Source: Anolis carolinensis (lineage: Eukaryota). From it: a stretch of 64,000 bases of DNA. The DNA lies in assembly GCF_035594765.1 (NCBI RefSeq), contig NC_085841.1, positions 71,223,574-71,287,573 on the forward strand, in the 5' to 3' direction. The notes under the pieces were generated by a model. That model searched no databases. It was not told the DNA's origin and saw nothing but the letters and a program-made list of their open reading frames with translations. Every line of letters begins with the position of its first letter. The stretch's first letter is position 1. Positions 24,819-36,556 of the stretch are shown here, in pieces. Position numbers and translations under genes: made by a program.

Positions 24819-25714
24819 AGAAATCCCAGATTCTCCTAGCTAGTCCCTAGCTAGGGAAATTAGGGAGATAAAGTCCAAAAAAGTACCTTTTCCTAGCTCT
24901 GCAGCGGTCAGAAATGCTGGGGAGAAATTCTAGTCAACCGAATTATTTTGCATTTCTCCTAGCAGGAAAACCATCCCTTCTGATCTGATCCTGACTTCTG
25001 CTTTGAGTCTGGAGCAGTTTCCACATTACAGAATTATAGCAGTTTAACACCACATTAACTGCTATGGGTCAATGCAATAAAACGTTTGGATTTGTAGTTC
25101 TGTGAGATATTTATCCTTCTCTGGATATATCTGTATATCCTACTCTGGATATACAAGTCTCTGGAATCCATAGGATGGAGCCATAGGAGTTAAAAGCATG
25201 TCAAACTGCTATGAATTTACAATGTGGGTGGCCTGAACTACATCTTGCTTGGACCTTCCATTTACTCGCTGCATTTGCTCTTCACACTTGGCCTTCCTTG
25301 GATGCTAATTTGATCTTTGACATCATGCACAGACCAATATAGCATTTAAATGGAAATGAACCCTGGAAGGCGGGACTGTGAATTTGTTTATCTATTTACT
25401 GTATTTATATACTGCTTTTCTCGCCCCTGAGGGGACTCAAAGTGGTTTCCAACATACTAATGGCAAAATTCAATGCCGACATACATTTGAAAAACCAAAA
25501 CATAATATCAAGACAATAACATATAGCTATAAATTAAAACCATTAACCATATTAAAACATGAGGAATAAACAAACATTTAAAAATTAAGAAAAAAATTAA
25601 AACATCCAAGTATAAAATATTAAAATCACATAGTCCAAAATCGTAATCTGAAGCCATTGAAATTGTCAATTGCACTTATTCCCTATTCATTTCTTACACA
25701 ATGAATCTCATCAT

Positions 25715-25852
25715 AATCCAGCTAACAATTGCTGTGAGGTCATGAAGTTCTCAGATTCCCTTTGTTACATAGGAAACACACTATCATAGTGAAGGAACAC
25801 ATATCTTCAAAGAAGATAGTCCTGAGTGTAGAATACAGTTAACAAGGTAAGA
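25715..25852 (+). promoter_or_regulatory. Conserved upstream module and probable non-coding first exon of GPCR copy 4
   Basis: TGAGGTCA at 25735, GTTACATAGGAAAC at 25764, consensus donor AAG|GTAAGA at 25846. Confidence 0.65.
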
Positions 25853-28522
25853 TTTATATATGTGTTCCTTGTTCACTTGTACATGTGTGTCCAGTTTGTT
25901 AAGTTTGGCAAGGAAAGCTCCCACAAAACATCAGAGGGTACAATTCATTACATATCTTCCCTAGATATCCAGTTGAACCAAACAGATGATGGATGGGATC
26001 CTGCACCAGATGTAGCTTTCTGCCTTTCCTTTCCCTGAACAGCCAAGCTCTGTTGGGCAGCAGCAACTGCTGCTTTTGCATCTGCAGAGAAGGGAAGATT
26101 AGTCACCAAATTGTGAAAACTGCTTCTCCGTCCCCTGATGTTTGCTACACAGAGAGGCAAAGAAATGGTAACCTTGTTATTCCTGTGCTTCTCTTGTGCC
26201 CAAACTACAACAGAACAGAGACAGCGTTCATTGTTCAGTCAACTTCCTTTCTTCCCTCCCCCTAGAAAGGCAGCCTTATGGATCTTGGCAACTGAGGGGC
26301 AGAGATGCAGGAGGGGAATGCAATATACCAGAGCAGAGATTCCAAACCTTTGGACCTCCAGGACCAGGGGTTTTGGATTTCATCTCCCAGAACTAGTTAG
26401 CATGGCCAACAGTCAGGAATTCTGCGAGTTGAAGTCTAAAACACCTGGAGGACCAAAATTTGGGAACCATTCGGCTAGATAACAATTTATTGCAGATGTG
26501 CATTTTACACAAGAAGTAGATCCCTAAATACTCTAAAGACACCAGGTTCCATCTGATCCAGGAAACCCATCAGGGTCAGGCCTGGAAGAGAGACTGTCAG
26601 GGGATAGCAGATTCTAGACATTATATCTAGAAGCAGGCAATGGCCTCTGGATAAATCTTGCCTTGAAAATTCTGTGATAGGCTCACTAAATGGTGCTCTT
26701 ACAAAGAAACTATAATCAGTCTGAAGCCAGCTCAAGCGCAGGCATCCACAAAATGCAACCCCAATGCACACTACAGAATCAAGCCCAAACAACACATTAA
26801 ACAACTCACCAGAAAATCAAGTCAAAGAATGCATTGCTGCCAATCAGAACATATCCCATGCAGGGCTCAGATCTGAGACCTGCAGCTCTCTTGTTGGGAC
26901 AACCTTCGTGCTGAAGCACTTTAAAGAATGCCAAAACACACATGGCCAAAAGGTAAATAATTACTCTTCTGGCAAAAGAAACCACGCTATTCCCACGGGA
27001 GCTTTCACTTTCCACTCTTTCATTTACATTTCCTGTGCCCTGCCACAGTCCAGCACTGATTCCAAATGGACATGAAAATCCACATCAGCACAACTCAGTG
27101 GTTAGGATAAGAAAAAAAACTACATTTTCCAGAGGTTGTCTAGCCACAGATACTGCAGTTCCTGGTTTGGTTCCAATTTGTAATCAGTAGATATTGGTTT
27201 CTGGGGTGTTTCTGTTGGTGCTGTACAGCGAGGCCAGTTTGTTTAAATCCATTTCCAAATACATTGTAGTGTTTGCATAGAAGTAATCTAGGTCGGAATC
27301 AACTTGAGTGCACATAACCACAAATATGATGCTCTGACTAGAGTCCAGCCATCGTTGATACTTTATGGCTGACAATTTTTATTGCCTAGATGACTCCCTA
27401 GACCAGAGTTCTCACAGCTCACTGGTCATAGGTGTGATCTAGCAGACACGTCACACCCCAGAGAGAATCAAGGCTTCTGGAGAAAATGAATATGTGTAAT
27501 GGTGGATTGTTTGGATTGGACCAGCACTGTAGTAAAAGCACGACTCACAGGATTGAAGCACCATCACTTTTTTAAAAAATCCTGACTAATGAAATCACTG
27601 TTGTCCTTTCATGAAGGCTTTTCTATTCCCTCAGAGGTTAACTTCTGCTTTCATAAGTAGTTGAGGGAGTGGAATAGATTTTCTTAGCAATAATATATAG
27701 TTGTGAGGTAGTCGTGCTGTGACGGCAGAGGTAAGAGAGGTAGGTTTCCCCCAAAAAAATCTGATTCCCAAAAACAGTGAAAAGTTGTAAAAATGGTTTG
27801 TTGACTGACGTATTTGAGTCCTCCCTCATACTCTGCTTGCTACCCTGCTTTAAAATGTTAGTGAAAGTGCATTAGGGCTGCCTCTCGACAATGTCCACAA
27901 GCAGATTTTTCTAGCCATTAACTTATTTGATTCAAATGTGATTGACTATGGCAGAGAGAAGCCATCTAAACAAAACAGAAATACATGATTGTGTTTTTGT
28001 TTGTTTGTTTGCTTGCTTGCTGCTTTAATTGAAGATGTTAGCAGACAGATCACCTTTTAGGATCATGACCTTATATTCTCCATTGAATAGTGCTACTCAA
28101 AGTGGTGGTCTATGGACTAATACTGGTGTAGAGACTATTAGTTGCCAGTCCACAATAAGTGTCTAGAAACAATTAAAAGAAACAGATTTCAACCATTAAA
28201 GATTAAAGGTCAAATATAACATGGGATATATTCATAGTTACCCATTGTCAAATATTTCTTTTCTAGCATATCATCCAAGTTATTCCATGTAATTATTTGA
28301 CCAGGAAAACTGGCACAATCTTGTTTTGAGAAGCCATCAAGAGGTTAACAAATTCACTGAAGAAGCTACACTTCACTTCTACAAGTCACAACAATACCCA
28401 AAAAGATCTTAAAATCCTATTTGAAACAAATAATTCATTGGCATACCAGTAAAAAATATATACATACACCCAGATACCCATCAAAGAAACATAATATTTT
28501 TTCTTGTTATGGGTTGGATGTA

Positions 28523-28864
28523 CAGTGTTCCCTCACTTATTGCTGGGGTTAGGTTCCAGGACCACCCGCAATAAGTGAAAATCCGCGAAGTAGGGACACT
28601 ATATTTATTTTAATATTTATACATTATTTAAGTAGTTATACACTATTTTAAGTCTTTATCAATCAATTGTGTGTTGATAAATCGCCTCCTTCTCCTCCCG
28701 TTGCCTCTTGGACTCCTTTTCTCTCCCTTTGGCTTCTCCTTCCTCCCTTCCTTAGGCTGTAAATTGTAATTTTTTATGATTTATAATAGTCTTTTAGAGT
28801 GATTGAAAAACCGCAAAACAGCGAATCTGCGAAAAGTGAACTGCGAAGTAGTGAGGGAACACTG
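28523..28864. mobile_element. Tc1/mariner-pogo MITE
   Basis: TIR CAGTGTTCCCTCACT; TA on both flanks. Confidence 0.85.
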
Positions 28865-29507
28865 TAAACCTAATTATAATTAGGATATATCTGTTATAAT
28901 AGTTGGGATGTAAGTTAGTCATGATTCACTTAGCTACACTGATTTAAAATGATCTCCCCTATATATGACTAAATCTGCATCCAAACCAATGTCTCATTCA
29001 TAAGGTAATCATGAGGAATTTTGAATTCAGTATATACTAATCACATTCATCTACACCCCTCCCCAATACAATTTACAAGTTAGATAAAGTAAAAAAAATA
29101 ACACCTGGAATTATTTACCTAAGATGGTATGCCTTTCTTAGATGAGACACTTCCAGAAGTAGAGTTATCTTTTTACTAAAAAAAAAAAAAAAGTATTGGG
29201 GGAGTAGTCTTAAGTGTGCCTTGGGGGCTTTAACCATAGGATGTCCACTTCTGCTTTAAATGGAAGTTGAAAGAATGTTCCGGTAGTGGTCATTCTGGCC
29301 CATCCAGCCAACAGAATATATGAATGCTAGGTTAGCCTTTCTTGCTCAAATGTTTGAGTTTAATGTTACTAAAGGACAGTCCCCACCTGATGGGTATCTG
29401 TTTTGAATATTTCTAATTTTTATTCCAACAGCTAAATGCCATAATAATGACAGATTATGTCTGTTTTTTACAGTTGGAGAATTACTGAACCCGTTGCTCG
29501 TGGCAAG

Positions 29508-30434
29508 ATGGTAAAGGCTGCTTTGTCTTTTCCGGTTCCTGATATGTTTAGACAATCTCAATATGACCTCTCTTGGCAAGAGAAAATCATGATTTCATGG
29601 ATGCCATTTGCAATCTTGGGATTTATAGGAAATGGAATTGTTACCTATTTTTTCTGGCACAGGCAAAAACGTTCTAGGTTTTTTCTGTATTTCCAGAATA
29701 TCACTATAGCTAATTTTTCAGTACTCATCTATGTATTTGTATATTTTCATAGGCTTTTTTTACGGTTAAGAATCAAGAACTTTTTTGAACACATTGTGCA
29801 GACACTGCAGTTATTGGGAAACAACACCAGATTCTATCTCTTAGCAGCCACTTGTGTTGAAAGATGGTTTCTTGTCTATCGCCCAGTGTGGGTTAAACAT
29901 CGGAGGCCACAGTACACATCAGCCGTGGTGGTTAGCATTTTATGGATTGTGGCCAGCATTACATCCATGGTGGATCATTTGGCCTGCTCTCCAGCATTCT
30001 TCATAACCACTTTTGAATATGAACTCTACTGCATGTCTTTTACTGTCATCAGGATAATTCTTGAGTTAGGACTTCTCATCGCCATTGTCTTTTGCTCTGC
30101 AGCCATTTTGAAGAGAAGTCTAACACAGTCAATGCCACCAGAAAGGCTTGATGTCACCATTTTAGCCACAGTCCTTCTGTATCTTACAACTGACACACCT
30201 GATAGAATTGCTTATGAGATTTCTATTTGGTTTGATGACATGGATATATTTGCGTTAATTTTATTTACTCAGTTATTTGACACCATCAACTGTGCTGTTA
30301 TTCCATTTATATTTTTCATTGTTGGATGTTGGAAGAAGCCCTCGGATGAGCCAGTCAGCCTGTTTCTTGAAAGAGCTCTGATGTTTGAAGAAAACAGGGT
30401 AGAAGGAACACCAGTACAAGAAGAGCAGGCCTGA
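29508..30434 (+). CDS. Mas-related GPCR, copy 4 (atypical motifs), about 308 aa
   Basis: GFIGN, YFQNITIANF, CVERWF..RP.W..RRPQY, IPFIFF; acceptor TTTTACAG at 29473; ORF intact. Confidence 0.9.
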   Translation: MVKAALSFPVPDMFRQSQYDLSWQEKIMISWMPFAILGFIGNGIVTYFFWHRQKRSRFFLYFQNITIANFSVLIYVFVYFHRLFLRLRIKNFFEHIVQTLQLLGNNTRFYLLAATCVERWFLVYRPVWVKHRRPQYTSAVVVSILWIVASITSMVDHLACSPAFFITTFEYELYCMSFTVIRIILELGLLIAIVFCSAAILKRSLTQSMPPERLDVTILATVLLYLTTDTPDRIAYEISIWFDDMDIFALILFTQLFDTINCAVIPFIFFIVGCWKKPSDEPVSLFLERALMFEENRVEGTPVQEEQA

Positions 30435-32563
30435 AAGCATTTAGAATTTTAGAAGCCAAATTCTTTTTACACTAAAAAATACCTTAGTTAGCTATTAATG
30501 CCCTAAAGACATGGTTCATGATGCATATCAATTAAACATTCCTTTTTCTGTATTTTCTGTCATTACTCTCAATATTGTATAATACTAGCACAATTTTTAA
30601 TCAACTATGCTTTTATTCTGCATACTTTGAATTCTGTCCTATGTGAAATGCATTTCCTTTTATATTGCAGTTCTGAAATTCTGAAGTTCTGAAATTCAGT
30701 TAAATTCTTCAAGGTATTTGTGCTAATCACAAGGAAGGTGGTCGCATGTGCATTGGAAGAGAGGACAAACTTTGTGTCAAACAGAGGACACATTTACATT
30801 AAACATTCATGTGTTCATTTACATAGTTAGATGTCAATTTAGTAACAAAATTTAAATGGGAAATGTATCTCACCAAATGAAAGATATCATCATCACATAC
30901 CCTATGCACCTAATGAGTCTGCTAAGTGCTGGGGAACCACTTCAAGGATCCTGCTCTCCTTTTTGATTCTTGATCTTTAAGCCTGAAGAAAGAAGAGGTC
31001 AGAATTTTGCCACTTCCAGCAGGCTCAGGCAAAAATAAATTATATACATGGTTTGGATGTTCTTCTTCATTAATAATATTTACCATCTTGAACACATTCT
31101 GATTTTACCTGGCTACGAGTGTCCCAGTTTTTATCTGTGAAATGTTGTAGACAGGCCTGTAGCCAAGGGGGGGGGGGGAGGGATTCAACCCCCCCCCCCA
31201 AATATTTTCAGGTTTAAAAAAAACTGGTTTACTCATTAATTTTAACTGGTTAACCAAATCCCCATGCTAAATGTATGAGAAGCAAAAATTAAACAAGTCC
31301 TTTCAGAACTGCAAGCACTGTCTCAACCAAATTTTGATAATTTATTCACACTTTCTTTACTTGCAGCAATAGCCGATATAGTGGAAGCAACCAAGTTGGC
31401 CCACCCATAACTGGCAGGCAAAGCCTAAGGCATGGGGGATTGGGCACATTTGAAGGCCCTCATGAAGGAGACCAGGCATGGTGGGGCCGGTTGACAGGGA
31501 CAGAGCTGCAGGCTCTTTTAGGCTGCTCCGCTCCCCTGCTGTGTTCTTTGCTTCCGTGTGAGGTGAGGGGCAGGTTCCTAATGGGGCATTAGGCCTTTCC
31601 CTCCTTGCTCCCGCCCCTCACCCTTTCCAGAGGATAGTAGGGTTTCTATTGCTATGCCTTTGCTCCAGGGATTTGCCCTACAATTTGGACAGTTTCTGCC
31701 CTTGGCATTTACTGGCAGGGATTTCCCAGCAGAGCATAAGGGCTGGGCTGGAGGTTTGGATGGCTGCACTAAGCAGAGTTCCCTTCCTGGGCTACCTCAA
31801 GGAAGGCACATCCTGCAGCAGAGGTTTGCCCTCCCTCCTCCCTTTAGAATAAACTCTTAATAAGTTGTTGTCTGGGTGTGTCATATTCTCTCGACCTCAA
31901 GTCAGGACCTACTTATCTCCGTGATCGCCTCCTCCCCTATGAACCCACGCGGGCCTTAAGATCTTCCGGGGAGGCCCTTCTCTTGCTCCCACCTCACTCC
32001 CAAGTGCGGTTGGTGGGGGAAGAGGGAGAGGCCTTCTTGGTTGTGGCCCCTCGACTCTGGAACTCTCTCCCCAGGGAGATCAGACTGGCACCTTTGTTGT
32101 CCACCTTCCGGAAGGATTTAAAAACATGGATGTTCAGGTCACATTTCAGTGAATAGTCCCACCAGTTAGGCAGCTTGTCTATAAATTCTCATTGCACTTT
32201 ATATCCACTCCTCACCATTTTAGATTTCCAGTGTCTTGATGAGATTGTTCCTCTTGTCCCTATTCTTGACCGTCCCTGTACTTCCCACAAATCCTACTTA
32301 AGAGTCCTGCACAAGTCACCCTCCACATATGCTGTACCTGCAGCCAGGTTTTAAAGTACTGTATATACTCGAGTATAAGCCTAGTTTTTCAGCCCTTTTT
32401 TAAAGACTGAACCCCCCCCCCTCGGCTTGTACTTGGGTGAGGGTCCTGGTTGGCTTATATTTGGGTCAGCTTATACTCAAGAATATATGGTACATTTATT
32501 ATTTTTCTCTATTATTATTGGTATTATTACATTTATTATTTTTCTCTATTATTGTTGCTACTA

Positions 32564-32886
32564 CAGTAGAGTCTCACTTATCCAAGCTAAACGGGCCGGC
32601 AGAAGCTTGGATAAGCAAATATCTTGGATAATAAGGAGGGATTAAGGAAAAGCCTATTAAACATCAAATTAGGTTATGATTTTACAAATTAAGCACCAAA
32701 ACATCATGTTATACAACAAATTTGACAGAAAAAGTAGTTCAATATGCAGTAATGTTATGTTGTAATTACTGTATTTACGAATTTAGCACCAAAATATCAT
32801 GATATATTTAAAACATTGTCTACAAAAATGGCCTGGATAATCCAGAAGCTTGGATAAGCGAGGCTTGGATAAGTGAGACTCTACTG
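32564..32886. mobile_element. pogo/Tigger-like MITE (nested)
   Basis: TIR CAGTAGAGTCTCACTTATCCAA; TA TSD. Confidence 0.9.
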
Positions 32887-33152
32887 TATTACATTTATTT
32901 TACTCTATTTTTATTATCATTATTAATACATTTATTATTTCACTCTGATCTTATTATTATTATTATTATTATTGCATTTATTATTTTGCTCTATTTATTA
33001 TTGTATTATTTTCCTGTATTTATTATTACATGTATTATTTTACTCTATTATTATTAAAAGGATACATAAGCACATTTACATTGAAGAAGATGAGAATAAT
33101 GATTTGATCAGAGTTGGACAGTCTTATCTTAAATTTGAGCTTTATGTAAATA

Positions 33153-33460
33153 CAGTAGAGTCTCACTTATCCAACGTAAACGGGCCGGCAGAACGTTGGA
33201 TAACCGAATATGTTGGATAATAAGGAGGGATTAAGGGAAAGCCTTTTAAACATCAAATTAGGTTATGATTTTACAAATTAAGCACCAAAACATCATGTTA
33301 TACAACAAATTTGACAGAAAAGGTAGTTCAATACGCAGTAATGCTATGTAGTAATTACTGTATTTATGAATTTAGCACCAAAATATCACGATGTATTGAA
33401 AACATTGACTACAAAAATGCGTTGGATAATCCAGAACGTTGGATAAGTGAGACTCTACTG
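33153..33460. mobile_element. pogo/Tigger-like MITE (nested, second copy)
   Basis: Same TIR; TA TSD. Confidence 0.9.
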
Positions 33461-34624
33461 TATTCTAAAACATTTAACCTACTGATGCCTCAATTAATGT
33501 AATTTTTTTGGTAACTATTTTTATTTCTGAAATTTACCCACCCTCGGCTTATACTGGAGTCAATGTTTTCCCAGTTTTTTTGTGGTAAAATTAGGTGCCT
33601 CGGCTTATATTCGGGTTGGCTTATACGCGAGTATATACGGTAATTGCTGTGTTTTGTGTGATTTATGCTGTTTATATTTATTTTGTTGATATTGTTTTAA
33701 TTCATATACTGTGTTTTTAACCTATGTTTTGCTGGGCTCGTCCCCATGTGAGCCTCCCCGAATCCCTTCGGGGAGATGGTGGCGGGATATAAGAATAACG
33801 TTATATTATTATTATTATTATTATTAAGTCATAATTGCTGGGCCACATAGGAAGGTTGCAGAAAACTCCTTCCTTTAAAATAATGCTTAATGAATTATTT
33901 TCTGGGGGGGAGACACTCTCTCTCAGCCCTAGGAAGGCACAGGCAATTCCACTCATTAACTGTGTCATCACATACTGAGGCCTACATTTTATTGCATGCC
34001 TCAGGTTAGGAGTTAAGCTTTAGCCTCATGTTAGGCTTTAAACTCTTGCAATTATATTAGGGGGCTCTCTTGTGTTTCAGGCCCCATATTAGGCTTTAAA
34101 CCTTGTCATTACATTTAGAGCAATCTTGTTCTAGGCTTCGCGTTCGGCTTTACAGCATTTGCCAGTATATTAAGAAGCCATCATTTGGAGGTCTCCTTTT
34201 TGTTCAGACCTCATGTTGGGCTTCATGCCTTTGGGCTGTTGCTTCCTCAGGCTGGGGCCATTCTGGAGGAAGCCATGTGGTCTTCACCTGTATCTGAGAG
34301 GCTGTCCAGGTTCTGCCTGGTCAGGCTCATGGCATAACAAACTCAAAGGCACCACATCTGGTCTGTCCTGGAAGCTGTGCATTCATACTCTCTTGGCCTG
34401 AGAACAAAGCACAGACACACTATTGGAGGTATAAATCTGCATTATGTGGCCAACCGTCTGGTTCAGGGTGGGTATCCTGGCTGTGGCCTTCAGGCCTGTA
34501 TTTTCACCTCATGCTAGGCTGAACGTTGGGTCCTTCCTGGAAGAGGCTGCTTGCTTTGCTGCCACTGGGAGTGACATTTTCTACAGTCTTTGAGAGGAGT
34601 TGCTAAGTCCTGCTTGCTCAGGCT

Positions 34625-35288
34625 CATAGTCTCATTGGGCAGAAGCAGGCCCACACTTCCCATTGAAATCCTGATAGGTTTATGTTGGTTAAAATTGTTT
34701 TTATTTTTAAATATTGTATTGTTCTTTCATTTACTAATATTGTGCTATGGTAATAGTATAATACATTGTGTATACATATAATCTTGATAATAATATTATA
34801 ATATAATATAATATAGTACACTTATTTATTTATTTATTACAGTATTTCTTCCCCGCCCTTCTCACCCAGTAGGGGACTCAGGGCAGCTAATAATAATACT
34901 GTAATAGTGTATAATATAATAATATTAATTATATATTATATATTAAATATAATATTACTAATAATAATATGGTATAGTGGTATAGTACAATATAGTAATA
35001 TACAATGCTAATATTGTGCTATGCTAATAATATAATATATTGTATGTACATACAACTTGTAAGCCGCTCTGAGTCCCCTTCGGGTTGAGAGAAGGTGGAG
35101 TATACATGTAGCAAATAAATAAATAAATAAATAAATGATTGTTGTTGGGGGGTTTTTTGCACTACAAATAAGACATGTGCAGTGTGCATAGGAATTTGCT
35201 CGTTTTTTCCCCCAAATGATAATTTGGCCCCTCAACAATCTGAGGGACCATGAACCGGCCCTCCACTTTAAAAGTTTGAGGACCCCTG
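34625..35288. mobile_element. OC1-like MITE, left end missing, with internal L2 tails
   Basis: Homology to 16270-16525; right TIR AGTTTGAGGACCCCTG. Confidence 0.75.
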
Positions 35289-35885
35289 GTCTAACTCCTG
35301 AAAGGCACAGAAGTTAAACGCTGAGATTAAATATAAATTTTAATTATATTACTTATATTAATTATGGTGAATATCCTGGCAGTGTCTTTCAGAGCTGTGC
35401 TTTTGTCTTATGCCAAGCCTCATCCATTTGGGGGATTGTAATCCAAAAAAAAAAAAACTCCATAAGAAAAACTTAAGTTTAAATACAATTTATGATGTTT
35501 TCAGGTATATAACAACTATGATAATTTGTGCTTGCTTTAAAAGTTTATACTTTAATTTCTCCTAAACTATCATAAAGTAATTTTTGAATATTTAGGTACC
35601 AGATTTAAGATATTTTATGTAGTTTCTAAAAATTTGATAATATGTATGGATCATTTATCTTGATTTTTAGATATGCCAATTTAAAGTGAATATAGATACA
35701 TACACATATATAAATGATATTTCAAAATGCTGTATCTCTTATTCTAATCAACATTTTTTGTAAAATCTGAACACAGTTATAGATTTTATTATGTAATTGC
35801 ATTTATTTTTACCCATTTACTTATCTTTACTAGTTTTTGAAATATAATTTAAAATATATTTTGAAATATATTTTGAAATGTATTT

Positions 35886-36366
35886 TGTGGCACAGCTGGT
35901 TAGTAGCCAGCTGTAATAAATCACTACTGACCGAGAGATCATGACACTGAAGCCTGGGTCGAACTGAGCTCCCGACAATTAATAGTCTTAGCTCGCTGAC
36001 CCAAGCAGCTCGAAAGACAGTTGCATCTGTCAAGTAGAAAATTTAGGTACCACTTTATGCAGGGAGGCTAATTTAACTAATTTACAACACCATAAAACTG
36101 CCAGCAGCATGCAGAAAGGAATGAAGAAGTTACCATCAAGGACTCGGTGTCACAAGTGGACGATGAAGTGGCAGCTTCCCCTGTGGCCAGAATTGAGCAT
36201 ACCCTCATGAAGCCAGAAGCTGGAAAATGTTAAATTGCCTCTGTGTCTGTTTATATGTTGTATATCTAATGGCATTGAATGTTTGCCATGTATATGTGCA
36301 TTGTAATCCACCCCGAGTGCCCTTCGAGGTGAGAAGGGCGGAGTATAAATACTGTAAATAAATAAT
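35886..36366 (+). mobile_element. tRNA-derived SINE with L2-type 3' tail
   Basis: A-box-like GTGGCACAGCTGG; tail GTAATCCACCCCGAGTGCCCTTCGAGGTGAGAAGGGCGG followed by (TAAA)n. Confidence 0.6.
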
Positions 36367-36556
36367 ATAATAATATTATTTTAAAAAAAAAACACATGAA
36401 ACTAGTCATGTCACTGCTCCCTTGCTCTTCCCCTTTTCAGAGCTCTCTTATGTCTACTTTTTTCAAAGCAGCTGTGGGTCATTCCTTACTGTACGATTTG
36501 TCTGCTAGTTTGAGTTGCTGTTCTGAGACTTAAAGCCCTGTTAGCTGCTATTAGTG

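Larger units (their letters stand above)
32359..33640. mobile_element. Tc1/mariner-type MITE inserted in L2
   Basis: TIR C(C/T)GTATATACTCG(A/C)GTATAAGCC; TA TSD. Confidence 0.85.
31897..33826 (+). mobile_element. L2 3' fragment split by nested MITEs
   Basis: GPTYLRDRLLPYEPTRALRS..APRLWNSLP; 3' UTR resumes at 33641 and ends in (TTA)n. Confidence 0.85.

Noticed and set aside
25770-25846. Coding upstream exon suggested by the shared intron phase in five copies
   Set aside because: For copy 4 the matching frame has TAG at 25770 and no ATG before the donor; copy 3 has an in-frame TGA just after its acceptor.
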